A stretch of 64,000 nt of DNA. It comes from a virus (taxonomy: Duplodnaviria > Caudoviricetes). Under the pieces are notes generated by a model. The model worked only from the letters and a program-made list of their open reading frames with translations, was not told the origin of the DNA and ran no database searches. The stretch spans positions 335 to 64,334 of the IMG/VR virus record IMGVR_UViG_3300035134_000062; one strand, 5' to 3'. The position numbers and the translations under genes were made by a program. Numbering within the stretch: position 1 is the first letter of the stretch; each line of letters begins with the position of its first letter. Below are positions 18,806-27,035 of the stretch, piece by piece.

Positions 18806-19102
18806 GGCGGAATCATTAGCGAAAGCGTTCTGGTGATCCAGTGATCCGGTGATCCGGCCCTCAAATTATTATATACTCTGAAAAACCCCTAAAAACCTTA
18901 CTTTTGAACTTACTATTAATATAGAGGTGGATCACTGGATCACTGGATCACGGGGGCTTAAACTTATGATTTTATTACAGATTCGATTTGAACCCCGTGA
19001 TCCAGTACTTTTCAAAAACGGCTCTTGCTGGATCACCGACGTTTTTTTCTCAATATATCTAGCTACATAGTATTTTCACTATGTGCTTTTCGTACTGGAT
19101 CA
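18701..19102. other. Putative replication origin: 12 exact GGATCAC/GTGATCC repeats plus one variant around an AT-rich core
   Basis: Copies at 18723, 18769, 18791, 18833, 18841, 18849, 18929, 18937, 18945, 18997, 19030, 19096. Two oppositely oriented triple 8-bp tandems flank AT-rich 18860-18925, directly upstream of the primase-helicase. Confidence 0.75.
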
Positions 19103-19156
19103 CCAAAATGGCCTTTTTTTGACTTTTTTGCTTGCATTGTGTTGTATGCTCCGCTC

Positions 19157-19259
19157 AGTCGCGCGTCGCTCCGCCTCGCGGATCTTGTCCATCCGCGGTG
19201 GTTTCAGCCCCTCAGCCCTTGGAGCGGCGCGCGGCTAGGCTGAGGACAAAAGTAGCATG
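19157..19259 (+). promoter_or_regulatory. Structured 5' leader of the primase-helicase gene
   Basis: 16-bp stem 19157-19172/19221-19236 with two G-U pairs. An inner hairpin CGCGGAT/ATCCGCG has a CTTGTCC loop complementary to GGACAA in the RBS region. Confidence 0.5.
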
Positions 19260-21269
19260 ACAACACCAAAATCCCTTTTTAATCAAAAACTTGCGTCCAG
19301 TGGTATCACGCCATCCCAAGCCACAAAGCTTGGGATCAAGCTACTGTCTGCGACCCAAACTCAAGCGGCGCACCCTGACCGTCAGGTCAATGTACCCTCG
19401 ATGTTGATCCAATATTTCGACTTGGACGGACGTCTGCGGGAGGACATATGTCGCTTTAGACTGCTCGAAAAACCCACCGGATCCTTCGGTTCTGAGCTCG
19501 ATTTACGCTATTTGCAGCCCAAAAATACCCCCCCAGGGGCCTATTTGCCCCGGATCGTGCCTTGGAAACGCATCATTTTGGAGCCAAAAACGACCATAAT
19601 TTTGACCGAAGGAGAGCTAAAAGCGGCTTGCGCGGCCCAAAATGGGTGGGCTTGCCTCGGATTAGGGGGTGTTTGGAGCTGGCGGAGCCGAAAATTGGGG
19701 TGGGATTTCCTCCCCGAGCTCGAAAAAATCGTATGGGAAGGGCGTCTGGTGGTCATCTGCTATGACTCTGACCTCAGCACCAACCCCCAGGTGCAGACCG
19801 CAATAGGGGCCCTTGTACACGCCTTGAGGCTCCGTGGAGCTCAGCCGGCCGTTGCTTTCGTCCCTCCCGTGGAGGGGTACGCAAAGACTGGGCTCGATGA
19901 TCTAGTGGTGGCCCGCGGCCCGGATGCTCTCGAACAGGTAATTCAAGAGGCCTCACCGGATAATCTGAGTGCCCACCTCTGGAGTATGAACCATGAAGTG
20001 TGTCTTATTCACTCTCCCACCATGGTGTATCATGAATCAGGCCGGCGACATAAGCCGCAAGACTTCCGCACCATATGGAACAAACACCGATGCATCACAC
20101 CATCGAGTGAAGTAGGACTTGGCAACGCTTGGCTGCAATGGCCCTTGCGGAGAGACGTCCACGAGATCACTTACCTCCCAGGACAACCCAAGTATGTAAC
20201 GAAAGGCACCAATACCCTCCTTAACGCATGGAATGGCTGGGGGTGCGAATCCATCAAAGGTGACATCTCCCCATGGTTGGATCTTTTGAAACTACTTTTC
20301 CACGATGCTCGTCCATGCGATCGGCGATGGTTTGAACAGTGGTGCTACTACCCCATACAAAACCCTGGCGTGAAGATGAACTCGTGTGTAGGTATCTGGT
20401 CGAGGGGTACAGGACAGGGCAAGAGTCTCGTAGGCGTTACGCTAGGGAAGATCTACGGTTCCAACTACAATGAGATCAGCCAACGCGAGCTCGAAGACTC
20501 CTTCACGGACTGGGCGGCCAACAGACAGTTTGTAATGGTCGATGACGTCAGCGCCTTCGATTCGAGGAGCAAAGCCGACGTCCTGAAGAAATTCATTACC
20601 CAGCAGATGTTGCAGGTTAATACCAAAGGCGTTCCAAAATACTCCATCCCTGACTGCTGCAACTACTACCTCACCAGTAACCATCCCGACGCCTTCTACC
20701 TCGAACCTAACGATCGCCGTTACTTCGTTCACGAGGTGACCACGGATCGTAGCTCCGCCTCGTGGTATCAGACCTATTTTGATTGGCTCATCAATGGAGG
20801 CGCCGAGGCTCTGCGTTACTACGCGGAACATTATAAGGGCTTCGCCGGCTTCGATCCATTTGGTGAACCTCCCATGACGCCCGCCAAGCGTGACATGATC
20901 GGACTCGTGCGGTCGGATTTAGAAGCCTGGCTTGCGGAGCTGCAAGAGCAACCCGCTACAAAACTCGTCGTGGGGCAAATGGCTCTCGACCGCGACATCT
21001 ACACCGTCCAGGAACTCTACGATATCTTCACCCCACAAAACCGCGGGAGGCCCGTAGCGCTTTCAAAATTCCGCAAGGCTTTACACTCGCTCTTCCCCAA
21101 GGCTGGAGAAACCGGCAGGCTCCGTGTGGAACCCCGCCGTGGGGGGAAGTTGGAGCGGTTCCTTGTGGTGCGTAACTTCGCAAAATGGCATGGAGTTTCT
21201 TCCAAGGATCTTGTCAAGCATATCCTCGAAGGCCGCCGGGCCGAGCAGGGCCAAGAGACAAAATACTAA
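19257..21269 (+). CDS. Primase-helicase (DUF3854 TOPRIM-like N-terminus plus D5/SF3-like helicase)
   Basis: IILTEGELKAACA....LGLGGVWSW, VVICYDSD, KTGLDD, Walker A GTGQGKS, FVMVDD, NYYLTSNHPDA..LEPNDRRYFV. Confidence 0.9.
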   Translation: MTTPKSLFNQKLASSGITPSQATKLGIKLLSATQTQAAHPDRQVNVPSMLIQYFDLDGRLREDICRFRLLEKPTGSFGSELDLRYLQPKNTPPGAYLPRIVPWKRIILEPKTTIILTEGELKAACAAQNGWACLGLGGVWSWRSRKLGWDFLPELEKIVWEGRLVVICYDSDLSTNPQVQTAIGALVHALRLRGAQPAVAFVPPVEGYAKTGLDDLVVARGPDALEQVIQEASPDNLSAHLWSMNHEVCLIHSPTMVYHESGRRHKPQDFRTIWNKHRCITPSSEVGLGNAWLQWPLRRDVHEITYLPGQPKYVTKGTNTLLNAWNGWGCESIKGDISPWLDLLKLLFHDARPCDRRWFEQWCYYPIQNPGVKMNSCVGIWSRGTGQGKSLVGVTLGKIYGSNYNEISQRELEDSFTDWAANRQFVMVDDVSAFDSRSKADVLKKFITQQMLQVNTKGVPKYSIPDCCNYYLTSNHPDAFYLEPNDRRYFVHEVTTDRSSASWYQTYFDWLINGGAEALRYYAEHYKGFAGFDPFGEPPMTPAKRDMIGLVRSDLEAWLAELQEQPATKLVVGQMALDRDIYTVQELYDIFTPQNRGRPVALSKFRKALHSLFPKAGETGRLRVEPRRGGKLERFLVVRNFAKWHGVSSKDLVKHILEGRRAEQGQETKY

Positions 21270-21294
21270 CATCCATAACCCTCCGCAAAAACCC

Positions 21295-21323
21295 TTGCGC
21301 CCCGATGTTAGTTTTGCTAGGCT
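21295..21323 (+). promoter_or_regulatory. Putative sigma70-type promoter
   Basis: TTGCGC-N17-TAGGCT with TG immediately upstream of the -10 and an A-tract upstream, in the intergenic gap before 21409. Confidence 0.5.
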
Positions 21324-21408
21324 CGTAGACAGAGCACCGTAATACCGCGGAGCTCAGAGGGGCGCGCTACCAGACTCAATTTTTGGGTGTACACACCAGA
21401 GGTTTACC

Positions 21409-21669
21409 ATGGCCAAGATGAAGTTCTACGCCACCTACGTTGGCGAGGTTGAAATTCCGGATTCTGCGTCTGCGGAGGAGATGGAAGATTGGTACCCCGG
21501 AGCAAAGAGTAGCAAGGACGCCTTTGATCAACAGTGCGCGTTCTTCAAAGAGGACTTCTGGGAGTTGAACGAGTACTGTGAAGATCTCGTGAGTTCGTGG
21601 GGCGTGTTGCGAGACGACGACGGTAAGTTTGTGTCCGTGGAGATGATCTACGAAGGAGACGACGAGTAG
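21409..21669 (+). CDS. Small acidic hypothetical protein (paralog pair, copy 1)
   Basis: MAKMKFYATYVGEVEI...; clear paralog of the next ORF. Confidence 0.8.
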   Translation: MAKMKFYATYVGEVEIPDSASAEEMEDWYPGAKSSKDAFDQQCAFFKEDFWELNEYCEDLVSSWGVLRDDDGKFVSVEMIYEGDDE

Positions 21670-21691
21670 CCTCGGGAGGCGGGAACCTATC

Positions 21692-21958
21692 ATGCCCAAG
21701 ATGAAATTCTACGCTATCCACGTTGGAGAGTTTGAACTTCCGGGTTCTGTGGAAGAGATGGAGAAGTGTTACCCCGGAATGAAGTCTATTAAGGAGGTGT
21801 TCGAACAGCATTGTGCGGATTTTAGGGAGGATCCTGAGTGGCTGAAGGAGTGCTGTGATAGGCTCGTGAATGCGTGGGGGTTGCTGCAAGATGAAGTCAA
21901 TATGTCTGTATCTGTAGAGGTGATCCATGAGGATAGTGATTATAACCTCGGAGGGTAG
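21692..21958 (+). CDS. Small acidic hypothetical protein (paralog pair, copy 2)
   Basis: MPKMKFYAIHVGEFEL...; GGAGG upstream. Confidence 0.8.
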   Translation: MPKMKFYAIHVGEFELPGSVEEMEKCYPGMKSIKEVFEQHCADFREDPEWLKECCDRLVNAWGLLQDEVNMSVSVEVIHEDSDYNLGG

Positions 21959-21960
21959 AG

Positions 21961-22290
21961 ATGGTTAGGCAAGTCGACTTCAATAGGTACGAAGAGGTAT
22001 TCATCGACGCCGCGGATTTTTGGACCCGTGATAGCCAACTGGCGCAAGCAATGGAGGAGTGTGGTGAACTCATTGCGGCGATCAATCATTGGCGCCGCAA
22101 TAGGATATCTTCTTTGCGCTTGGCGTCTGAGATCGCAGACGTTGAGATCATGTGTGCAACGCTCCGGCATATGATCGGTGATGTCATCGTCGATGACGCA
22201 CTTCAGAAGAAACTCGATCGGCTGCAATGGCGGATGTCCGATGGCGTTGACAAGTGGAGCGGTGAACACGTGGACGAGGAGGAGGATTGA
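21961..22290 (+). CDS. MazG-like nucleotide pyrophosphohydrolase
   Basis: QAMEECGELIAAI...LASEIADVEIM, the EExxE...ExxD all-alpha NTP-PPase signature. Confidence 0.85.
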   Translation: MVRQVDFNRYEEVFIDAADFWTRDSQLAQAMEECGELIAAINHWRRNRISSLRLASEIADVEIMCATLRHMIGDVIVDDALQKKLDRLQWRMSDGVDKWSGEHVDEEED

Positions 22291-22291
22291 G

Positions 22292-22465
22292 ATGTTCATG
22301 TGCCGTGATTGTGTATTGTACGGATCTGACGTGTACGGACTTGGGTTTTGTTGGAGTCTACTTGTGTCTGTGCGCGGCGATGATGCAGCCCCAACAGATT
22401 GCTTTGAGCAGAGCTCAAGGAAGCCGATCGTGCACGTAGACGACAAGGAGGAGAACGATGAGTGA
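22292..22465 (+). CDS. Small Cys-rich hypothetical protein
   Basis: MFMCRDC...FCW...DCFE; RBS GGAGG; coupled to its neighbours. Confidence 0.55.
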   Translation: MFMCRDCVLYGSDVYGLGFCWSLLVSVRGDDAAPTDCFEQSSRKPIVHVDDKEENDE

Positions 22466-22700
22466 CAGGCGTTTCATAGGTGCGGGTCTCGTCGTGGAGC
22501 CTGTATTTGACGGCAGTTGGGACGTATATGGTGCTAGCGGTGGAGTCGTATTTGGGTATGTGCATCTACATACTATCGCGCATATTAGTCTGTACACATT
22601 TCACCCAAGCTTCGGCGTGAGATTCTATACCCACCAGCAGATGGAGGCGATCGCCAAGTTCATTCGCGAGTTGGAGGAGAAGGAGAAGAACGATGAGTGA
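22458..22700 (+). CDS. Hypothetical protein, 'AIA.F..EL' family
   Basis: Tandem paralog of 22693; ends HQQMEAIAKFIRELE. Confidence 0.8.
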   Translation: MSDRRFIGAGLVVEPVFDGSWDVYGASGGVVFGYVHLHTIAHISLYTFHPSFGVRFYTHQQMEAIAKFIRELEEKEKNDE

Positions 22701-22941
22701 AAAGCGTTGCATAGGTGCGGGCCTTGTTGTGGAGCCTACTTCTGAAAACAGTTGGGATGTCTATGGCGCCGGGCGTGTGGGCGTATTATTTGGGCACGTA
22801 CGGCGGAGCTATTGTTATAGCATTAGCCTGTGTACGTTCCACCCAAGCTATTCTGTGAGGTTCTACGACCACCAGCAAATGGCAGCGATCGCCAAGTTCC
22901 TCCGTGAGCTGGAAGTGAACCTTCCTGAGAAGTCAACCTAG
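22693..22941 (+). CDS. Hypothetical protein, 'AIA.F..EL' family
   Basis: Tandem paralog of 22458. Confidence 0.8.
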   Translation: MSEKRCIGAGLVVEPTSENSWDVYGAGRVGVLFGHVRRSYCYSISLCTFHPSYSVRFYDHQQMAAIAKFLRELEVNLPEKST

Positions 22942-22942
22942 G

Positions 22943-23167
22943 ATGCTCCTCCCACCCCATAAGGAAGCAAGAGAGTTGTTCGGCCAGCTTGGTGCGGCCA
23001 TCAATCGATGGACGCTTCTCCATGATTTGTGGGGTGTGAATGACTCGACTGCGAACATCGAGCTGCGCGATGCGCTGCTGGCTCTTTTCGAGAATGACGA
23101 GGCCGTGAAGTATATGTCGGAGGGTTTTGGTTTGGAAGTTGACGTCCGCAAGACGTCGAGAAAGTAG
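22943..23167 (+). CDS. Hypothetical protein
   Basis: Fills the gap in a tightly packed operon. Confidence 0.6.
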   Translation: MLLPPHKEARELFGQLGAAINRWTLLHDLWGVNDSTANIELRDALLALFENDEAVKYMSEGFGLEVDVRKTSRK

Positions 23168-23172
23168 TACTG

Positions 23173-23988
23173 ATGTCGGAACACGTTGAATCCCTGAGTC
23201 CTGAAATACAAAGGATGATAGCGGCTCCCATCGAGAAGATCACCAAGGAGGGGGAGCTAGAATTCATCAGAGCTGCCAGGAAGGGGTGTCGGAGATCGAG
23301 GGAGCGGCTGTTTCGCATCCATATGCGGTTCATCCTCAAAAAAACTTTGAAGTACAAAGGATACGTCGGACAGTACATCGTGTTTCCTGATTTGATGCAG
23401 GAGGCGATGATTGGGTTCAATGATAGCATTGACAAGTTTGACGAGGATAGAGGCGTCAGACTCACCACATTTGCTATCTGGGGCATACAATGGAGAATAC
23501 ACGATTTCATCCTGCACACGTGGTCTATGGTACGTGTCAAGGGAAGCAATGGTTTATTTTTCAGTGTACTGCGTCGGTTGGATGCTGGAGAGACTGTAGA
23601 GGATATTGCTGAGAAGGCCAATAGACCGCCATCCTTTGTCGAAAATATGCGACTCAGGAGGTTGAACGTCGATGTCTCTCTAGATCACAGCAGTGATGAT
23701 ATGGGTACGCCGCAGGATTTGTTGACGTATGATAATGATACACCGTTGGACAATACCGCGGCCCAGTCGGAGCAATATCGGAAGTTGCATTATGCATTGG
23801 GCGAATTGAAGAAAAATAATCCTGCGGCGTACCGAGCCATCATAGGAAAATTTTTCCGAAACGGTGGGGACGGGTTTTCTTTTCGTGAGCTTAGTGAAGA
23901 AGAAGGGGTTTCTCACGAAAGGGTGTACCAACGAAACATCGCTGGTTTGGAATTTTTGCGAAATTGTATGGAGGATATGGTTCCATGA
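23173..23988 (+). CDS. Sigma70-family RNA polymerase sigma factor, RpoH/sigma32-like
   Basis: Region 2 DLMQEAMIGF..SIDKFD.DRGVRLTTFAIW.I, RpoH-box-like DFILHTWSMVRV, region 4 FSFRELSEEEGVSHERVYQ. Confidence 0.85.
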   Translation: MSEHVESLSPEIQRMIAAPIEKITKEGELEFIRAARKGCRRSRERLFRIHMRFILKKTLKYKGYVGQYIVFPDLMQEAMIGFNDSIDKFDEDRGVRLTTFAIWGIQWRIHDFILHTWSMVRVKGSNGLFFSVLRRLDAGETVEDIAEKANRPPSFVENMRLRRLNVDVSLDHSSDDMGTPQDLLTYDNDTPLDNTAAQSEQYRKLHYALGELKKNNPAAYRAIIGKFFRNGGDGFSFRELSEEEGVSHERVYQRNIAGLEFLRNCMEDMVP

Positions 23989-24260
23989 AGTTAGAGGAAG
24001 CTTTGCGGGTTCTGGGTCTCGATGAAGTGCCAGAGTCTTTGGAGGATCTACGCTCTGTCTACCATATGAAAACCATAGAAGCTCATCCCGATAAGGGTGG
24101 CGACGTGGAGGCTTTCGTACGTATTGTACAGGCGGCAGGGCGAGTTCGTGAAGCTGTGAATTGTGTGTGCGAAGAATGTGGCGGGACAGGAGTTGTGGAG
24201 AAGGGTGTTGGTTTCCGCAAGTTGCGTAGTAGGTGCACAAAGTGCAGGGGTTCAGAGTGA
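23985..24260 (+). CDS. Mini J-domain (DnaJ-like) protein with a CxxCxGxG zinc-finger motif
   Basis: EALRVLGL...LRSVYH....AHPDKGGD.EAF..I..A, then CEECGGTG and CTKCRG; ATGA overlap with the sigma stop. Confidence 0.85.
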   Translation: MKLEEALRVLGLDEVPESLEDLRSVYHMKTIEAHPDKGGDVEAFVRIVQAAGRVREAVNCVCEECGGTGVVEKGVGFRKLRSRCTKCRGSE

Positions 24261-24514
24261 GCGAAAATACAATAGGATTGAATACCATCTCTATCGAGGA
24301 AGCTCGGGCGGTGGCGTTGGTATCGATGCGGAAGTGTTCTGGACTTTCCCAGAAGGGGCTGGCTGCCATGATGAGTATGTGTTCGTTGCAAGTCCTACGG
24401 TGGGAGCGGGGGTACACCCCCATCAGTGAGCTCAGGCTGTATGACGCTGGCCATTTTTGCGGGTTCAACGCGGAAGAAGTTGATCTGTTGATGCAGGAGA
24501 TCCTTGATGCGTGA
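24257..24514 (+). CDS. XRE/Cro-like HTH protein
   Basis: MRKCSGLSQKGLAAMM......VLRWERG..P; GTGA overlap with the J-protein stop. Confidence 0.75.
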   Translation: MSENTIGLNTISIEEARAVALVSMRKCSGLSQKGLAAMMSMCSLQVLRWERGYTPISELRLYDAGHFCGFNAEEVDLLMQEILDA

Positions 24515-24608
24515 ATTCGATAGGATTGATGCGGAAGTCTTTTTGTTTGGGTTCTGTACAGGGTGTGCGCTCTGTGCGGTTGTAATTTTTGCTGTAGTGC
24601 TTTTGTGA
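24507..24608 (+). CDS. 33-aa single-TM micro-protein
   Basis: MREFDRIDAEVFLFGFCTGCALCAVVIFAVVLL; AGGAG upstream; coupled to the previous gene. Confidence 0.5.
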   Translation: MREFDRIDAEVFLFGFCTGCALCAVVIFAVVLL

Positions 24609-24617
24609 GGGTGGCGT

Positions 24618-24809
24618 ATGAATCCTGTTGGCAAGTCAAAGAAATTCGACGCGGATCGCATCCGCTACCTTGGCTGCGTTACTTGCGCATACCTGAACGA
24701 AAGCTGGGATCACCCAAAGTGTCGCGGCAATGAGCATCGGTGTTTCAATCATTCGCGGCATGGCGGGACTCGTGGCAGTCTCGTGGCGGTGAGTGGAAAG
24801 GGGGATTGA
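24618..24809 (+). CDS. Small Cys-rich hypothetical protein
   Basis: CVTC...KC...RC; GAGGG upstream. Confidence 0.55.
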   Translation: MNPVGKSKKFDADRIRYLGCVTCAYLNESWDHPKCRGNEHRCFNHSRHGGTRGSLVAVSGKGD

Positions 24810-24810
24810 G

Positions 24811-25029
24811 ATGGTTGAACGTAGAGGTCCCTGGCGAAGGGTCGTTGAAGTATTGCCTAGGGTTGATGATAAGGAGTGGCAATGCACGCTTGAGTGTGGA
24901 CACACTGTCATGCGCCCCATGAAGCGTAGATGGGTGAAGCACAGTGAAAATTCATCCATTGAAGTGCATAAAGTAACCGAACCCCGGTGGGTCTACTGCG
25001 AGGAGTGTGCGTGCAATGAAGAAACGTAG
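24811..25029 (+). CDS. Zn-ribbon-like protein, 'GPRRRV-LECGH-WVYCEEC' family
   Basis: One of three tandem paralogs. Confidence 0.8.
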   Translation: MVERRGPWRRVVEVLPRVDDKEWQCTLECGHTVMRPMKRRWVKHSENSSIEVHKVTEPRWVYCEECACNEET

Positions 25030-25240
25030 AGGTCCACGGCGAAAGGTAGACGCAGTGTCGCGTAACATTCTCAAGAATGTTTGGCGGCTCCGCTTGTCAT
25101 GTGGGCATATTGTGCATCGGAGGGTGAGGGGGCGGTATGTGGATTCTTTCATTGTTGAAGATGGGGTGATGATTCCTATGCAGGAACGCCTTGAAGATCA
25201 TTCACCGCGGTGGGTCTACTGTGAGGAGTGTGACGTATGA
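25016..25240 (+). CDS. Zn-ribbon-like protein, 'GPRRRV-LECGH-WVYCEEC' family
   Basis: One of three tandem paralogs. Confidence 0.8.
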   Translation: MKKRRGPRRKVDAVSRNILKNVWRLRLSCGHIVHRRVRGRYVDSFIVEDGVMIPMQERLEDHSPRWVYCEECDV

Positions 25241-25452
25241 AGCATCAGCCTAGCTTAGGCCCCCGGCGACGGGTCGACGTTGCGTCGCAGATGGTTGACG
25301 GCGAAGTGTGGACGTGCTCGCTTGAGTGTGGACACACTGTTACCCGCTCGGTGTGGATCTGGGATGATGGACTTACCCATGGGGACATCACACAACTGCC
25401 AGCGCCAACTTGGGTGTACTGCGAAAAGTGCGCTGAAAGGAAAGGCAAATGA
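25237..25452 (+). CDS. Zn-ribbon-like protein, 'GPRRRV-LECGH-WVYCEEC' family
   Basis: One of three tandem paralogs. Confidence 0.8.
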   Translation: MKHQPSLGPRRRVDVASQMVDGEVWTCSLECGHTVTRSVWIWDDGLTHGDITQLPAPTWVYCEKCAERKGK

Positions 25453-25757
25453 ACCAGAAAGCGTTGTTTATGGAGAGGGTTTCAACAGCCGTAGCTGTAG
25501 CATGCATTGAGAGCCAACGGCCCTTGGATCTTGAATGTAGTCTTGCGGAGTGGAGTAGCGCGTTCGCGAAGGAACTTTGGGATTGCTTGGGGATCGACAA
25601 TGCTGCGGAAGAGGAGTCGCAAGAGCAGAACACGGTTTCCACCGTCTCGGCCAACCAACCGTGTACTGATTGTAAACACGTCTATGCTTCAGCTGACCAA
25701 CTTCCATGCACGCTATGCACCACAAGCAGGCCAAGTAAGTGGGAAAAAGCACCATGA
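25449..25757 (+). CDS. Hypothetical protein, 'CxxCKH-PCxxC-PSxWE' family
   Basis: Ends PCTDCKH...PCTLC...PSKWE. Confidence 0.8.
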   Translation: MNQKALFMERVSTAVAVACIESQRPLDLECSLAEWSSAFAKELWDCLGIDNAAEEESQEQNTVSTVSANQPCTDCKHVYASADQLPCTLCTTSRPSKWEKAP

Positions 25758-25933
25758 ACAAGCGAGACATCACTCAAGAGACATCTCCATCATCACGAGA
25801 AACGGACTCAGATCCGGACCACTCGTGTCTGACTTGTGTGTACCGCAACGTTTACCACACCCATGACCCGTGCGCTAGATGTATTGGGTTGGATGGTACT
25901 ACCCACGTGGATGCATGGGAGCCCCGCACATGA
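25754..25933 (+). CDS. Short member of the 'CxxC-PCxxC-WE' family
   Basis: MNKRDI...CLTC...PCARC...WE. Confidence 0.7.
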   Translation: MNKRDITQETSPSSRETDSDPDHSCLTCVYRNVYHTHDPCARCIGLDGTTHVDAWEPRT

Positions 25934-26202
25934 CAAAGCGAGACTACATTCGAGAGAAGGCCCCACTCATTGCATCTGTGGAGAGAGAAGGCTACAATGA
26001 TTATGAGGTTGCTGAATTTGCCGTGAAGGTGGCCGGAGCTATCTGGGACGCGACCGAAGGGGAGGAGTCGCAAGACCAGAGCACACTTCCTACATTTACC
26101 AACGAACCGTGCGCTGGTTGTAAACACTTTGGGGTCCCGGTTACTCAACCACCATGTGCTTTATGCACACAAAGCACCCCGAGCAAATGGGAGAATCCAT
26201 GA
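25930..26202 (+). CDS. Hypothetical protein, 'CxxCKH-PCxxC-PSxWE' family
   Basis: MTKRDYIREKA...IWDATEG...PCAGCKH...PSKWE. Confidence 0.8.
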   Translation: MTKRDYIREKAPLIASVEREGYNDYEVAEFAVKVAGAIWDATEGEESQDQSTLPTFTNEPCAGCKHFGVPVTQPPCALCTQSTPSKWENP

Positions 26203-26489
26203 ACAAGCGAGACTTCATCCGAGAGAAGGCCGCACTCATAGCCGCAGGAATAGAATCTGCAGAAACGTCTGCAACGTGGGCAGCTAGACAGACTGTAAAA
26301 CACGCCATCGAGATTGCTAAGGAGATTTGGGACGCGACCGAGGGCGATGAGCCGCAGGACGTTTATATAGTATCAACTACAGGGTTCCCTTGCGGGACCT
26401 GCAAACACGAGGATATCTCGTCTTTCAAAGAGCCATGCATATCTTGTTGCCATGATGTCCCAAGCAATTGGGAGAAAAGACAACTCTAA
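26199..26489 (+). CDS. Hypothetical protein, 'CxxCKH-PCxxC-PSxWE' family
   Basis: MNKRDFIREKA...IWDATEG...PCGTCKH...PSNWE. Confidence 0.8.
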   Translation: MNKRDFIREKAALIAAGIESAETSATWAARQTVKHAIEIAKEIWDATEGDEPQDVYIVSTTGFPCGTCKHEDISSFKEPCISCCHDVPSNWEKRQL

Positions 26490-26617
26490 TGGATCTCGTG
26501 GGATTGATAGGTGTGTTGCTGCTGCCGTTCGTCGGTGTGGTGTTGATTGGTATCGGCTATCTTTGTGGTCTACGCGATTATGACGTGAAGAAGAGGGGTG
26601 ACGATGACTCCAATTAA
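26489..26617 (+). CDS. 42-aa single-TM micro-protein
   Basis: MDLVGLIGVLLLPFVGVVLIGIGYLCGLRDYDVKKRGDDDSN; TAATG coupling. Confidence 0.55.
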   Translation: MDLVGLIGVLLLPFVGVVLIGIGYLCGLRDYDVKKRGDDDSN

Positions 26618-27035
26618 AATACCGAACCGGTGTTGTGACTGCAAGCATTGGAGTTTCCCTGTTGGGCTTAGATGGTCGCTGCAGGATCAAGGATACTGCA
26701 AGGCTCGTGACATTGAAGTTATGCCAAAACATTCGACAGCGGGGTGTTTGTTCAGAGAAGGAAGGACGGGCGAGATGAGCTATAGAGCCTACCCATGCCG
26801 CATGTGTGGCAAGACGACAGGCGACCCGGACCGCTATCAGTGCTCATGCGGAGGGGTTTACGACCACGACTATTGGGATGCCGTTGATGCTGCAGCGGAG
26901 CGCGCCAAAGACGTGCAACGCGAGCGCCTCAACGAGATGGGTGATGAATACTTGGATACTCCGTATGACATCACGCCGCCAGGCGATGTACCGGCCGAGA
27001 CAGAAACTGCGGGATGCCCGCATAGGAAAGGATGA
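26598..27035 (+). CDS. Cys-rich hypothetical protein
   Basis: CCDCKHW, CRMCG...CSCGG zinc-ribbon motifs. Confidence 0.65.
   Translation: MTMTPIKIPNRCCDCKHWSFPVGLRWSLQDQGYCKARDIEVMPKHSTAGCLFREGRTGEMSYRAYPCRMCGKTTGDPDRYQCSCGGVYDHDYWDAVDAAAERAKDVQRERLNEMGDEYLDTPYDITPPGDVPAETETAGCPHRKG

Noticed and set aside
18833-18951. Tandem GGATCACT repeats as a CRISPR array
   Set aside because: The units are 8 bp with no unique spacers, occur in both orientations and have no cas operon.
19119-19150. TTGACT...TATGCT as a canonical sigma70 promoter for the primase
   Set aside because: The spacer is 20 nt, too long; only the -10-like hexamer is retained as a weak hint.
21282-21300. TCCGCAAAAA...TGCG as a third copy of the sigma54 upstream palindrome
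   Set aside because: The half-site spacing differs (8 versus 6 nt), no IHF site or -24/-12 follows, and it reads better as an A-tract before a sigma70 -35.
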